A stretch of 64,000 nucleotides of DNA from Macrostomum lignano (Eukaryota): positions 69,162 to 133,161 of the forward strand of contig NIVC01002110.1 in NCBI GenBank assembly GCA_002269645.1, in the 5' to 3' direction. The notes under the pieces were generated by a model that ran no database searches, had not been told where the DNA came from, and was given only the letters and a program-made list of their open reading frames with translations. Made by a program: the position numbers and the translations under genes. Shown in pieces: positions 1 to 16,347 of this stretch (position 1 is its first letter; each line of letters opens with the position of its first letter).

Positions 1-1
1 C

Positions 2-805
2 TCGGAGCGGCTGGACTCATCCGCCAGCGAGGACGGCGGCGCCAGCAGCGCCGATTCTGCCGACAGGATGCGAGCGAGCGGCCTGGTGAAGTACCAGGTT
101 CGGCGAGACTCGGCCGGTGGCAGTTTGAAGCGGAGTCCCGGCAACGGCGGTCACAACCGGGTGGTCACTTTCAAGGAGGGCTCCGTCGGTGGCGGCTCAG
201 GCGGCGCCGCTGGCGGCGGAGGGCCGACGCTGCCTCAGCTGTCGTTTCTGGCGTCGACAGCGTCGCCAGCGTCCAGTCAGGTCGGCGGAGCCTCGTCGTC
301 AGATAGCGGCGTGGCGGACTATCAGTTTCATCAGCACCTGCTGCACCATCAGCAGCATCAGCAGGCGCCGCTATTCTCAGCATTCGGTGGAGGTCACGAG
401 CCCGTGGCCACCTACGCAACTAGAAGTGAAGTCTTCGCTCCCGCCACGTCGTTTCCGTCGCTGCCGCCGCCTCCGCCGCTGCCTCCGCTATCGTCGCCGC
501 ACGCTTTGTCAGTAGCCTCGACGGCTTCAGTGTCAACTCGGGTGCCGGACATCCTCATGACCAGGTGCGGCCAGTTCCAGCATCAGCAGCTTCAGCAGGG
601 TGCGCACAGCAGCAGTCTGGGCCGCGGCTCTCGGAAGCCGCCGCTGTCAATTTTCGGCAGGCAGATGAGCGGCTCCGAACTGCTCGAAATGCTGCCCCCG
701 CCGCCTTCGCCTCCACCGCCGCCGCCGCCGCCGACCTCAACGAATCAGCAGATGAGTTCCATGATGCTTGACGAGCACGTGGATGGGTTGTGCAGTCAGG
801 TGTGA
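2..805 (+). CDS. Partial exon (probably 3'-terminal) of an unidentified protein with a low-complexity Ser/Gly/Pro/Gln-rich tail
   Basis: The frame is open from base 2 (SERLDSSASEDGG...) through the 245-aa ORF to TGA at 803-805. It is GC-rich and codon-like, with poly-Pro and poly-Gln runs, and composition drops sharply afterwards. No recognisable domain. Confidence 0.55.
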   Translation, partial: SERLDSSASEDGGASSADSADRMRASGLVKYQVRRDSAGGSLKRSPGNGGHNRVVTFKEGSVGGGSGGAAGGGGPTLPQLSFLASTASPASSQVGGASSSDSGVADYQFHQHLLHHQQHQQAPLFSAFGGGHEPVATYATRSEVFAPATSFPSLPPPPPLPPLSSPHALSVASTASVSTRVPDILMTRCGQFQHQQLQQGAHSSSLGRGSRKPPLSIFGRQMSGSELLEMLPPPPSPPPPPPPPTSTNQQMSSMMLDEHVDGLCSQV

Positions 806-848
806 GACGTTGCGCAACTTTTGAGGTTGTCTCTGGATGCAACAGGAT

Positions 849-1330
849 TCTCCTTGGATGCAAAGGGCTTTCCCTTGGATTCAGATAGGAATGGATTCCC
901 CTTGAGATTCCTGGGGTACGACAGGATTCCCCTTGTATACGAATGGATTCCCTTAAATACGAAAGGATTCCCCTTGGATACTTAAGAATTCCCTTTGGAT
1001 ATGAAAGGATTCCCTTTGGGTACGAAAGGATTCCCTTTGGATACTTAAGGATTCCCTTTGGATACTTAAGAATTCCCTTTGGATACGAAAGGATTCTCCT
1101 TGGATACAAAAGGATTCCCTTTGGATACTTAAGGATTCCCTTTGGATACGAAAGAATTCCCATTGGATACGAAAGGATTCCCCTTGGATACGAAAGAATT
1201 CCCATTGGATACGAAAGGATTTCCCTTGGATACGAAAGAATTCCCATTGGATACGAAAGGATTTCCCTTGGATAAGACTTGGATACTACGGGATTTGCCC
1301 TGGATATTATTGGACTTCCCATTGAATACG
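849..1330. repeat. 21-bp minisatellite (GGATTCCCCTTGGATACGAAA-like)
   Basis: TTGGATAC recurs at 1142, 1163 and 1184. This explains the GYERIPF / YPKGILS repeat ORFs. Confidence 0.95.
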
Positions 1331-1685
1331 ACAGAGTTTTACATCGATAAAAATTAATTTCTCCTGGATACAAATAAAAATTTTGAGACTAATTGGCTTA
1401 AAATATTTGCGACACTTTAATTTGCGTAAAAATGTTTGTGCACATTATGATTGCAGTCATTAGTTAGTCCTATATAGTGTGATAATTGTACTCAATTATT
1501 GCGCACAGCTCATCATATGCGTAGGATAATTAAATTTTAATTGCTTTAGTTTTTATTACCAACAGTCTTAACCAAAGTTATTAACAATACCTGCTCACGG
1601 CTTTAATCTTTTAAAAATAGCAGAACTTCTTTCATTGTTGCATAGTAAATATATTCACTTCATGGATCTGCGTGTTTCTCTTCGC

Positions 1686-2350
1686 ATGGCGCTAAACTGA
1701 TAGTCAGGATGGCGCTAAACTGATAGTCAGGATGGCGCTAAACTGATAGTCAGGGTGGCGCTAAACTGATAGTCAGGGTGGCGCTAAACTGATAGTCAGG
1801 ATGGCGCTAAACTGATAGTCAGGGTGGCGCTAAACTGATAGTCAGGGTGGCGCTAAACTGATAGTCAGGATGGCGCTAAACTGATAGTCAGGGTGGCGCT
1901 AAACTGATAGTCAGGATGGCGCTAAACTGATAGTCAGGGTGGCGCTAAACTGATAGTCAGGGTGGCGCTAAACTGATAGTCAGGGTGGCGCTAAACTGAT
2001 AGTCAGGGTGGCGCTAAACTGATAGTCAGGGTGGCGCTAAACTGATAGTCAGGGTGGCGCTAAACTGATAGTCAGGATGGCGCTTAACTGATAGTCAGGG
2101 TGGCGCTAAACTGATAGTCAGGATGGCGCTTAACTGATAGTCAGGGTGGCGCTAAACTGATAGTCAGGATGGCGCTAAACTGATAGTCAGGGTGGCGCTA
2201 AACTGATAGTCAGGGTGGCGCTAAACTGATAGTCAGGGTGGCGCTAAACTGATAGTCAGGGTGGCGCTAAACTGATAGTCAGGATGGCGCTAAACTGATA
2301 GTCAGGGTGGCGCTAAACTGATGATAGTCAGGATGGCGCTAAACTGATGC
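1686..2350. repeat. 23-bp minisatellite (GGCGCTAAACTGATAGTCAGGRT)
   Basis: GGCGC at 1688, 1711 and onward. About 28 near-identical copies with an A/G variant. Confidence 0.97.
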
Positions 2351-2399
2351 TCATAAAATGGTGAGGTGCCGCTAAAGAAAACTTTTCACAGAGGAACTT

Positions 2400-2640
2400 A
2401 GCGACTATGCACAGAAAAAGCAGCTTGTTTAAGCATTCTCGGATATTATGATTTCTTATTTTGTTAATCCGCGATGAAATAAACCGGCCTTTTCTTAGAA
2501 AACACATTTGCTTCAACTTTCAGCACGAATGGCAGTTGTTGAGCAAAAATATTTAAAGTACCGACACTTAACAAATGCAAACCGACTGCCAGTGGTTCAG
2601 ACTCTAATTAATTTGCTGTCTTCCTGTAGATTTTCCTCCG
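2400..2640 (-). mobile_element. Possible degraded hAT transposase C-terminal (dimerization domain) remnant
   Basis: Joining minus-strand frames gives KYFCSTTA...NVFSK/KGRFISSRINKIRNHNIRECLNKLLFL, resembling the hAT motif KYLxxPATSxxSERxFSxAG...NKLLFL. It has stops and frameshifts, and no TIRs were found. Confidence 0.35.
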
Positions 2641-3057
2641 CAGACTTTCTTGTCTGGTTGGAGCCACACTTCATTTTTAGCTTTTCTGTTGTTTTCTTTT
2701 GCACTTCTGCTGCCTATCCCTTGAGAGCTGAGACTCTGGGAGCCTCGGGAGTTCCTTGGCCTGACTTTCCAGCCTTCGAAATGATTTTTGTCAAAGTCCT
2801 TCGGACAAGTTTCTCTGTAATGCCAGATTCTGTTGGCGATTTGGAGACCAGAATCTAAAAATTGGCTGGCAAAGAAACGGTGTTTCTTCGATTTGTCAGT
2901 CAACTGTCAAAACAAACCTCTTCCCAACCTTGTCGAATCCCAAGAGCAAAATAAATTAAATGTGTGTAAAACAAAATAAGCTCATGTGTTACAGTTTTTC
3001 CTAGCTTCCATCATCTCCTAAGAGCAGCTGTCGCCCCAATATATAAACTCTGCTTCT

Positions 3058-3576
<519 letters not shown>

Positions 3577-3989
3577 GGTGTCACTTTACCTATCTGTCAC
3601 TCATCGCTCTGTTTTAATTAACTTTTGCTCCAACCGCCTCAGCAAGTATTTTGTCAGTCAGCTCCATGAATTTAAAAAGGGATTCATTGCTGGCGTAACC
3701 GTCCATTTGCCCGGGACAATGAATTGGGTGAGTGAGTCATAGCCTAAAAATAGCTTTGGCCAATAAAATGGGGGCGCATTGCGGTTATAGCGAAATCGAT
3801 TCCAAACTCCGGTTTGCCTAGAAATTCTCTTCTCTCCTTTCCAAACAAAAACACACTTTTTCTCTTTCTTTAGTCAGCAGGTGACTGAGCGTCCTGAGTC
3901 ATGGAGTCCTGGCCGGACCCAGGGACTGGATTGGAAACTTTTGGATCAAAATATAGACAGAGAATCTTCACATCTTCACATACAAATAA

Positions 3990-4925
3990 CAGAATCTTCC
4001 AAATCCCCAAATCTTCACAAGTCCCCAAATCCTCACAAAATCCTCAAAAATCCCCAGATCCTCAAAAATCCATAAATTCTCACAAATCCCCAGATCTTCA
4101 CAAATCCCTAAATCCTCACAAAATCCTCACAAATACCAAAATCCTCACAAATCCCCAAATCCTCACAATTCCCTAAATCCTCACAATTCCCTAATCCTCA
4201 CAAATCCCGAAATCATCACAAATCCCCAAACCTCACAAATCCCCAAATCTTCACAAATCCCCAAATCCTCACAAATCCCCAAATCTTCACAAGTCCCCAA
4301 ATCCTCAAAAAATCCTCAAAAATCCCCAGATCCTCACAAATCCATAAATTCTCACAAATCCCCAGATCTTCACAAATCCCTAAATCCTCACAAAATCCTC
4401 ACAAATACCAAAATCCTCACAAATCCCCAAATCCTCACAATTCCCTAAATCCTCACAATTCCCTAATCCTCACAAATCCCGAAATCATCACAAATCCCCA
4501 AACCTCACAAATCCCCAAATCTTCACAAATCCCCAAATCCTCACAAATCCCCAAATCTTCACAAGTCCCCAAATCCTCAAAAAATCCTCAAAAATCCCCA
4601 GATCCTCACAAATCCATAAATTCTCACAAATCCCCAGATCTTCACAAATCCCTAAATCCTCACAAAATCCTCACAAATACCAAAATCCTCACAAATCCCG
4701 AAATCCTCACAAATCCCCAACCCTCACAAATCCCCAAATCTTCACAAATCCCTAAATCTTCACAAAATCCCAAATCCTCGCAAAACCCCAAACCCTCACA
4801 AATCCCCAAATCTTCACAAATCCCCAAATCCTCACAAATCCCCAAATCCTCACAAATCCCCAAATCCTCACAAATCCCCAAATCTTCACAAATCCCCAGA
4901 TCCTCACAAATCTCCAAATCCTCAC
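3990..4925. repeat. About 18-bp minisatellite (CAAATCCTCACAAATCCC) with a 272-bp higher-order period
   Basis: The variant AAGTCCCC recurs at 4019, 4291 and 4563. Basic unit is about 18 bp (EDLGIC translation). Confidence 0.9.
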
Positions 4926-5758
4926 AAAGTAAAATAGCAGTTAAAAATGCAATTTACAAGTAAAATGCGCAGTTTAATGCGCAACTGAATGATAAATTTG
5001 CTGAGTCCCTAAAGTATAAAGCAATTTCCAGATGCAAAGTTTAGTAGTCCAGGCTTCTGCCCCGGGCCCTTGTCCCCCTTTTCGCCTCTTATTCATTCTT
5101 TATTCTTCCCCTGTTCCCAAATGAGTCTTTGTTGCACTACCCAATTGTCTGTCACCCCCACCCACTCACTCAGCCCAAACCCCCATTGCTCATAGTCACA
5201 GACCTGAGTGAGTAACCCGTATGTTCATGTTTGACAAGGACCTTTGTCCTTAGCTTGCTTGCACAGGGGACTACTGCAGTCTCTTGGGACTCGCGCATAA
5301 GAGTGCAATCAGTGCATGCTTGCTTAGCGCCAGCTATTATCTTCACCCCCCTCCAAAAAACTGATAGGGTTGAGTTTAGATGCAGGAATTTTATTGGGTT
5401 ATATAATCTTTAAAATATTTTTGTCAGTCTTCGTTACAGTCTGACAGCTTCACACAACTTCTCCCATGCATAATTGTCCCCTATAGTGATTTTATCTATG
5501 ATTCTAGATCATTCTAAAGTTTGGAACAAAGACCAATTCCTCTTGCTGCAATGAATATAGTCATGCATAACATTGCCATATCTAATCAATAAAAACGTAA
5601 AAACAGCTGATTAAGCAAAATAGACTAGCATTGTTCGCCGTTATTGTTATGTGCTGCATCTGCAGTTCTTCATTAATTTTGCACAGCCAGCTAAGTCATA
5701 AAACTGTTTTTCTATGATTTTCATAGCGTGACGGACTGTGGACTGATACCCTCGTAGC

Positions 5759-6748
<990 letters not shown>

Positions 6749-7146
6749 TACTGTTTAGAATACAAATTTCGCTGGAATATTTTGGGTGGAGTCATGTCAA
6801 CCAGGACGGTGAGATTAAGAATTAGAAAAAGTGATGAACTCATGATGGCTTCTTAAATCCCTATATAGCATAGCGGTCCCAGGCAGTGATTGACTCCCAA
6901 CTCAGGGCAGGCATGTGTGTGCAAGCGGGAACAGTTCAGTCCATTCAAACTGACTGATGATGACAATAGGGGATGCTGTGACATTCCCCGACCCTCACAG
7001 GTGTAAGCCTTCCCATTTTACTGTGTGTAAAAAATCTTCAATACATTAAGTTTTAGCCATGCTTCATTTCTGACACAGGAAACTTGACAGACAGCCATAG
7101 ACATTTAAATTATTACAAATGCTTTGCATCTCAATTATTAGGTCAG

Positions 7147-7848
7147 CTGGAATCCTGACACAGCCAGGTGGTGGACTTCTAGTCCAATATAGACACTTGG
7201 ACTGGAATCCTGACACAGCCAGGTGGTGGACTTCTAGTCCAATATAGACACTTGGACTGGAATCCTGACACAGCCAGGTGGTGGACTTCTAGTCCAATAT
7301 AGACACTTGGACTGGAATCCTGACACAGCTAGATGGTGGACTTCTAGTCCAATATAGACACTTGGACTGGAATCCTGACACAGCTAGATGGTGGACTTCT
7401 AGTCCAATATAAGCACTTGGACTGGAATCCTGACACAGCCAGGTGGTGGACTTCTAGTCCAATATAGACACTTGGACTGGAATCCTGACACAGCCAGGTG
7501 GTGGACTTCTAGTCCAATATAGACACTTGGACTGGAATCCTGACACAGCTAGATGGTGGACTTCTAGTCCAATATAAGCACTTGGACTGGAATCCTGACA
7601 CAGCTAGATGGTGGACTTCTAGTCCAATATAAGCACTTGGACTGGAATCCTGACACAGCTAGATGGTGGACTTCTAGTCCAATATAGACACTTGAACTGG
7701 AAACCTGGCACAGCTACATCGTGGACTTCTAGTCATATATAAACACTTGGACTGGAAACCTGGCACAGCTACATCGTGGACTTCTAGTCATATATAAACA
7801 CTTGGACTGGAAACCTGACACAGCTACATAGTGGAGTTCTAGTCCCTG
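7147..7848. repeat. 55-bp tandem repeat, about 13 copies, with internal inverted repeats
   Basis: CTGGAATCC at 7147, 7202 and 7257. Each unit contains GGACT-tct-AGTCC and GTCCAA-N9-TTGGAC. Confidence 0.95.
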
Positions 7849-8449
7849 AAACTAGATTAGAAATGCGAATAGATCAGAATCTGCGATGCCCTGACGTGCA
7901 AATCATATTCGTCAAAGAGTCATGGGCTCTCTATAAAAAATTGAACGCTAGATTGAAGGCTATTTCAGTCAGTGCATGCATCTCCAGCTCCATTCTTATT
8001 CTCTTGACCAAAGAGGATTCCAACAGGAAATGCATAGTTGCACTATACATGTTGGTAACTCTTTTAACACCGTAAACTACCTGCTTAAACTTGGTATTGT
8101 AGTGAGCTGTGAGGCGCTGCAATCTTGCATGTATAACACTACTGTGCTGCACAATAATCCTGTTCATGAGCGCCGCTAGGTCCAGCAGAAGTACTTTGTT
8201 GTGCTGTGCAGGCCGCGGGTGGAGTGCGCGGAATTGCGTGATCCAAAGAATCAGTTTTTTACGGTCAAAGCGTGTGCAGGCCGACCGTTTTAAGTGTGAA
8301 ATAATACAGCTTTTTTAGGGGGGTTGGGCTGATTTCGAGTCAGCTTGTGCACGCAAAGTGAAGTCGTAAAGTTGTTGGAGAGCATTGTTGATTTGCTCTG
8401 GATGCGTAATTCTGGGCATTGGAGTCAATGATTCCTTCCTATTTTTACT

Positions 8450-8790
8450 CTGTCACTCCAATTGTAACTCAAATTGTCACTCCGATTGGCACTCCAATTG
8501 TAACTCAAATTGTCACTCCGATTGGCACTCCAATTGTAACTCAAATTGTCACTCCGATTGGCACTCCATTTGTAACTCAAATTGTCACTCCAGTTGACAT
8601 TCCAATTGTCACTCCAAATGTCACTCCAACTGTCACTCTAGTTTTCACTCCAACTGTCACTCAAATTATTACTCCGATCGGCACGCCAATTGTCACTCCA
8701 AATTTCACTCTAATTGTCACTCCATCACTCCAAATGTCACTCTAATTGTCACTCTAACTGTCACTCCAATTGTCACTCCGATTGTCACTC
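8450..8790. repeat. 12-bp degenerate minisatellite (AATTGTCACTCC)
   Basis: Repeated TTGTCACTCC core, with 36-bp higher-order copies at the start. Confidence 0.85.
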
Positions 8791-9248
8791 AGTAACTATC
8801 ACTTAAATCGTAACCCAATAATTGTCAGCCTAAAAAACTATACTCTCACGCATTCTTCACAATCGTACTACATTCAGTAGTTAATTAAACGCATGGAAGC
8901 TCAAGCTCACATGTAAATAATTTCTTTATTCGTAATCAGAAGAATCAATTACCAACTTGGCACCGGGCCACTTAGCACAGTCTTAACGTTAACTGCCGTT
9001 TAACTTTGCCGCGAATTCATAAATTTGCGCAAATTGCCGGAGCTAGCACTTGCTGAGTTGCGGTGCACAAGTGGAAAACATTTCCAGACTTTTTTGTTAG
9101 CCTTTTCTTCCGTCCACCTACATGTACCACCCTACCATTTGCGTGCAAAAATATAAACTTGGAAATTGCACATTTAATTGAATTTTCATTGCTAATTCTG
9201 CGGATTGCAACCGAATAAGTAAAGAAAATGTCTGCTACATGTACAAGC

Positions 9249-9850
9249 CATGGACAACTAGAGTAGAAGGACGCTACACTCGGCTTTCGTGGAAATCGGG
9301 CTGGAGGCCAATTTTCGCGTAAATACACTAGCGAGATAGAAGAATATAATATTTTTCTCATGCGAAATAGGCAGCCGAAGAAGAGTTGAAGAAGCAGTGA
9401 AGTTCTTATTTTGATATAAGTTGAAGGCGCTATTGCTTTGTTGAATTTTATAAGGCTTTCATCGCGAAGTTTAGCATTCTACTTTTTTATTTACATTATA
9501 TTTATAATTATTTATTTATTAGCTGATTATACATCAGATATTTTACTGATGGCACAAGATAAAAGAATCTACTAGAAGGGAGCCGTGGCTTGTGGCCTAA
9601 TGGGTCTGTTTTGACTTTCGACTGCGTTATTTTCTGACTGATTATAGTTTTCCATACATGTTCAGTGCCGATTAATAGCAAAGATGAGCATTAATCGTTT
9701 TTACTAGAGACAACAAATTTCTGAGCAACCCAGTGAAAGAATTTTTAGTTTTCATGCAGTCAATCAAGAGATATTGACTTTTGAATTTTGGCCTCCAGCC
9801 AATTTTACACGATTCGCGAGTGTAGCGTCCTTCTACTCTAGTTGTCCATG
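9249..9850. mobile_element. Non-autonomous TIR element (MITE), P-element-like termini CATGG...CCATG with 8-bp TSD
   Basis: Terminal CATGGACAACTAGAGTAGAAGGACGCTACACTCG (9249-9282) is the exact reverse complement of 9817-9850, and similarity extends to about 65 bp. Identical 8-bp flanks GTACAAGC at 9241-9248 and 9851-9858. Confidence 0.85.
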
Positions 9851-9929
9851 GTACAAGCATCATGTACATAAGCCACAGGCCCAGTGCTTGTGCTGGCTCA
9901 CAAATTACTTCAGGCTCCATATTTTCACC

Positions 9930-10505
9930 CAATTGTCACTCTCCTTATTGTCACTTATTTATTTCCACTCTATCAGTCTCAATATTGTCACTCTATCAGT
10001 CTTATTATTGTCACTCCATCAGTATTCATATTGTCACTCTATCAGTATTCCTATTGTCACTCTATCAGTATTCCTATTGTCACTCTATCAGTATTCCTAT
10101 TGTCACTCCATCAGTATTCCTATTGTCACTCTATCAGTATTCTTATTGTCACTCTATCAGTATTCTTATTGTCACTCTATCAGTATTCGTATTGTCACTC
10201 TATCAGTATTCTTATTGTCACTCTATCAGTATTCTTATTGTCACTCTATCAGTATTCATATTGTCACTCTATCAGTATTCGTATTGTCCCCCTATCATTA
10301 TTCCTATTGTCACACTATCAGTATTCCTATTGTCACACTATCAGTATTCGTATTGTCACTCTATCAGTATTCATATTGTCACTCTATCAGTATTCGTATT
10401 GTCACTCTATCAGTATTCATATTGTCACTCTATCACTATTCCTATTGTCACTCTATCAGTATTCATATTGTCACACTATCAGTATTCCTATTGTCACTCT
10501 ATCAG
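9930..10505. repeat. 23-bp minisatellite (TATTGTCACTCTATCAGTATTCN)
   Basis: AGTATTC at 10021, 10044 and onward. Source of the IVTLSVF / YQYSYCH ORFs. Confidence 0.95.
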
Positions 10506-11029
10506 TATAGGCCACGCTGGTTTCCTCGGCAACGAGTCCCAGTCCCCGTCGATCTGATCAACTCCCGCGGCAAGCGCCGGGCAAGACACTCGTAATTGCA
10601 GGCCATCCCGTGCTGCCGTCCCTCCCCCCTACTGCGTCCCTTTGAAAACCGACCTTTATCTATACATACTACTTTAAAATAAACATTTCAGTAGTATCAT
10701 GAGCAAATGAAGCTTTGTTAAAACTTAAAATTCAAAAGAAATGATGATGATGACAAAAGCGTGGTAATGTATCTAAACTCTAATTTCAAGCCTGCAACAA
10801 AGACCTCAGTCCTGAGAGTTGGGTTTCGAAGCACTATTCAATTGTGCACTGTCGTATTATGGGAGTCGAAGTAAGACCAGACAGCATTGTGCGGTGATAT
10901 GCGTGTTTGAAAATAATAATTTAGCAACCGTTGCAGCCGAAGAAATGCGTGTGTTTATAAAGTTGCTGCTCAGAAAGTTTCGTTGAGATTGCAACAGAAA
11001 GACCGCGGTGACCGTGGTAATGATAGAGA

Positions 11030-13059
<2,030 letters not shown>

Positions 13060-13060
<1 letters not shown>

Positions 13061-15645
13061 CTCCAATCTCGGGGCACTGACACGGTAGAAAGTCAGAAAG
13101 GACTGAAAAAAGTCAATTTAAATTGAGTAGCCGATATTTCGAAATCAAATTTCTTCGTCAGGGCTGCAAGCGAGTGAAGTTTATTTGGCGCGAATTGCCG
13201 TCAATATATAAAGGCGATATCGCCAGGGAGAGACGATCGATAAATTGATGTGCTCAAGCACTTAAAACAGTACGCATGGTCAGTACATTAAAACGAGTCC
13301 GAGACTATGAGAAAAGCGGGGGTGGCTAAAACTGTACAATTGGGCCTAGACGACCTTTAAGTGTAGAATAAAAATTGCAAAAATAAATGGCGAAATAAAT
13401 AGGTAAGGTAAATAAAAATAATTATTAAATGCTCAGAGCAAAAATGCAGGTGCACCGTACACAGTGTCAGAAAAATGAATAAAAAGCAGAAAATAAATAA
13501 TCTGAATAAATCGAAATAAAGTCAATGAAAAATCACAGAGGGGAAAATAGCAGTAAAGGAGCCTTTGTAGCAGCTGATCTCAATTGGCAGAAGCTGGTTC
13601 GAGCTGGCTGTGGCAGAGTAGATCCCGAAGGCTCCTCCCTTTAGTGAAGGCCGGCAGTACAGGGGCATCGCAGTGCTGTGCCACGCCGTCCCTCACCTTG
13701 GCAACCAGGGTGTCTGACCCAGCGCAGTGCGGCACAATCAGTGGGATCGCCGGATTGTGCAGCACCCCGGCCAGCTCGTTGGCGCCATGTGGGACCAGAG
13801 TTTTCAGGACCGCGATGAGTTTGGCCTCCTGGCGTTGACGTCGTTCATTGGCCTTGGTCCAGAGCCGTCCGCGTCCACACTCCGGTGAAGGCAAAGTCCC
13901 GAGACTATGGCCATCGTTGCTGAAGTGGCGGGCCACCGGAGTGTCGCGTGCGTGCCTGATGTCGCCGACGTGCGCTAGCATGCGGCCCGGATGCTGTTGA
14001 CCGTCTCGCCGACGTAGACCGTGCAGCTGCAGCGGCGGCAGAACACGGTGTAGACAGCGTTGACCGAGTTGCAGTCGATCCTCTGGCTGATGGTGATCTT
14101 GACGGTCGTGGACGCGGATCCCGGGCAGACGGAGGTGAATCTGGCGTGCGCCTGGCAGCACTTGCACAGCCGGCCGGGTTGCACGGCAGGAAGCCGAACT
14201 CCCACCGCCTTGTCGGGTAGAAACCCAGCTCCGCCAGCACCTCGTATTTGATATTGCGTAGAAAACGCCTGTTGTAGCCCTGGTGCTGCACCAAGATTCG
14301 ACAGCAGCTCGGTGCAGGCCGCGTCGAAGTCGACCATCGGGAGCACACCTGCGGGCGTATCTGATGAGCTGGGACTTGACCACACCCTTGAACGTCCGCC
14401 TCGGGTGGAATGAGTCGCGGTGGATAAGAGCTCGGCTGTCCGTGGGCTTGAAGAAGACTCTAGTCGCCAGACGCTTGGAGTCCCCCTCGCGGTCCAGAAG
14501 ACGGTGGTGTCCAGGAAGTTGACCTCGGTGCTGCTGTAGCTCAGCTGCAACCTGATGTTCGGTCGAGGCCATCCAGGAGCTCGTGGAAGCGGACCAGCTC
14601 GTCTCTCGTTCCGTGCCAGACGCCGAAGATGTCGTCAATGTAGCGCAGCACAGGGCGGGCTTCTGCGGCTGAGCTCCAGGCCCCGCTGCTCCCAGTAGCC
14701 CATGTAGATGTTGCTGTAGCTGGGTGCAAACGACTTCCCCATGGCCGTGCCTTTCACTTGCAGGAAAAATTTGCCGTCGAATTCGAAGTCGTTGCGCTCC
14801 AGGTTAAGCTTGAGCAGACTGAGGAGACCGCGTCTGGGCGCCTGGCATCCGGTGTGCTCCTGAAGGCCCTCTGTACGCACTCGAGTCCGGCCGCGGTCGG
14901 ATGTTGGTGTAAAGGCTGGCGACGTCCATGGTGAACAGGAAGGACTCCTCGGACGCCGCACAGGCGATCCCGCGGATGGCGGCTTGGAAGTGGTCAGTGT
15001 CCCTGATGAAGCTGGGCAGCTGGATGACGATCGCTGCAGGAAGCTGTCGATGAAGCGGCCGCTGGCGTAAGACTCGCTGTCCACGTCAGACACGATGGGC
15101 CGGCCCGGAGGAATGTCGCCGAGCGGCCACGACTCGACGGGCTTGTGGATCTTCGCAGGATGTAGAAGCACCGCGTGCGGAACTCCTCCTTCGGGCAGAA
15201 GGCGTTGAACTGGCGCCGATCGATGATCCTCTCGGTCCAGCAGCGATCTGAAGACGCCGCGGATCATCTGGGCTGTGAAGCGGCTGATCGGTGCGGTGCG
15301 CTCAGAGGTCGGTAAAACAGCGGGTCTTCCAGCTGACGCAGGCATTCACGGACATAGTCCTGCCGGTCCAGGATGACCAGCTGGCTGCCCTTGTCGGCCG
15401 GCTTGATGACGATGGACTTGTCTGCCCGCAGATCTCGCAGTGCCTTTGCCTCCGCCTGGCTAATGTTTGGAGCTGAGTTTGGCCTCCTGGCGTTGACGTC
15501 GTTCATTGGCCTTGGGTCCAGAGCCGTCCCGCGTCCACACTCCGGTGAAGGCAAAGTCCTCGAGACTATGGCCATCGTTGCTGAAGTGGCGGGCCACCGG
15601 AGTGTCGCGTGCGTGCCTGATGTCGCCGACGTGCGTGCGCACGTC
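13060..15645 (-). mobile_element. Penelope-like retroelement (RT plus C-terminal GIY-YIG endonuclease; Neptune-like), frameshifted
   Basis: Minus-strand fragments in order: SIVIKPADKGSQLVILD, HPxKIHKP..PGRPIVS, GTAMGKSFAPSYSNIYMG, LRYIDDIFGVW, VNFLDTTV, FFKPTDSRALIH..SFHP, a Cys linker PCN..CKCC, then AVYTVFCRRCSCTVYVGET and HVGDIRHARDTPVARHFSNDGH. Stop at 13580. Both ends abut (GA)n. Confidence 0.92.
13127..13167 (-). ncRNA. Minimal type I hammerhead ribozyme in the 3' UTR of the Penelope-like element
   Basis: Minus strand reads GCAGCC-CTGACGA-A-GAAAT-TTG-ATTTC-GAAA-TATC/GGCTAC. This gives the core CUGACGA and GAAA, a 5-bp stem II, stem I AGCC/GGCT and a minimal palindromic stem III (ATAT). 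AUC cleavage triplet, predicted cut between 13133 and 13132. Confidence 0.8.
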
Positions 15646-15648
15646 TCT

Positions 15649-16347
<699 letters not shown>

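Noticed and set aside
555-1373. 272-aa ORF with YPKGILS repeats
   Set aside because: Translation of a 21-bp minisatellite; repeat ORFs are open on both strands.
7147-7848. CRISPR array (palindromic repeats at regular spacing)
   Set aside because: Whole 55-bp units repeat with no unique spacers, there are no cas genes, and the context is eukaryotic.
9592-9603. tRNA-Arg-like A-box GTGGCCTAATGG
   Set aside because: Only 12 nt match, with no B-box or cloverleaf downstream.
10510-10680. GC-rich island after the 23-bp array (also at 17285-17450) as a terminal exon of the gene at 2-805
   Set aside because: The donor at 800 (GTGTGA) is weak, the frame is ambiguous and the two copies differ by indels. 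Not supportable without transcripts.
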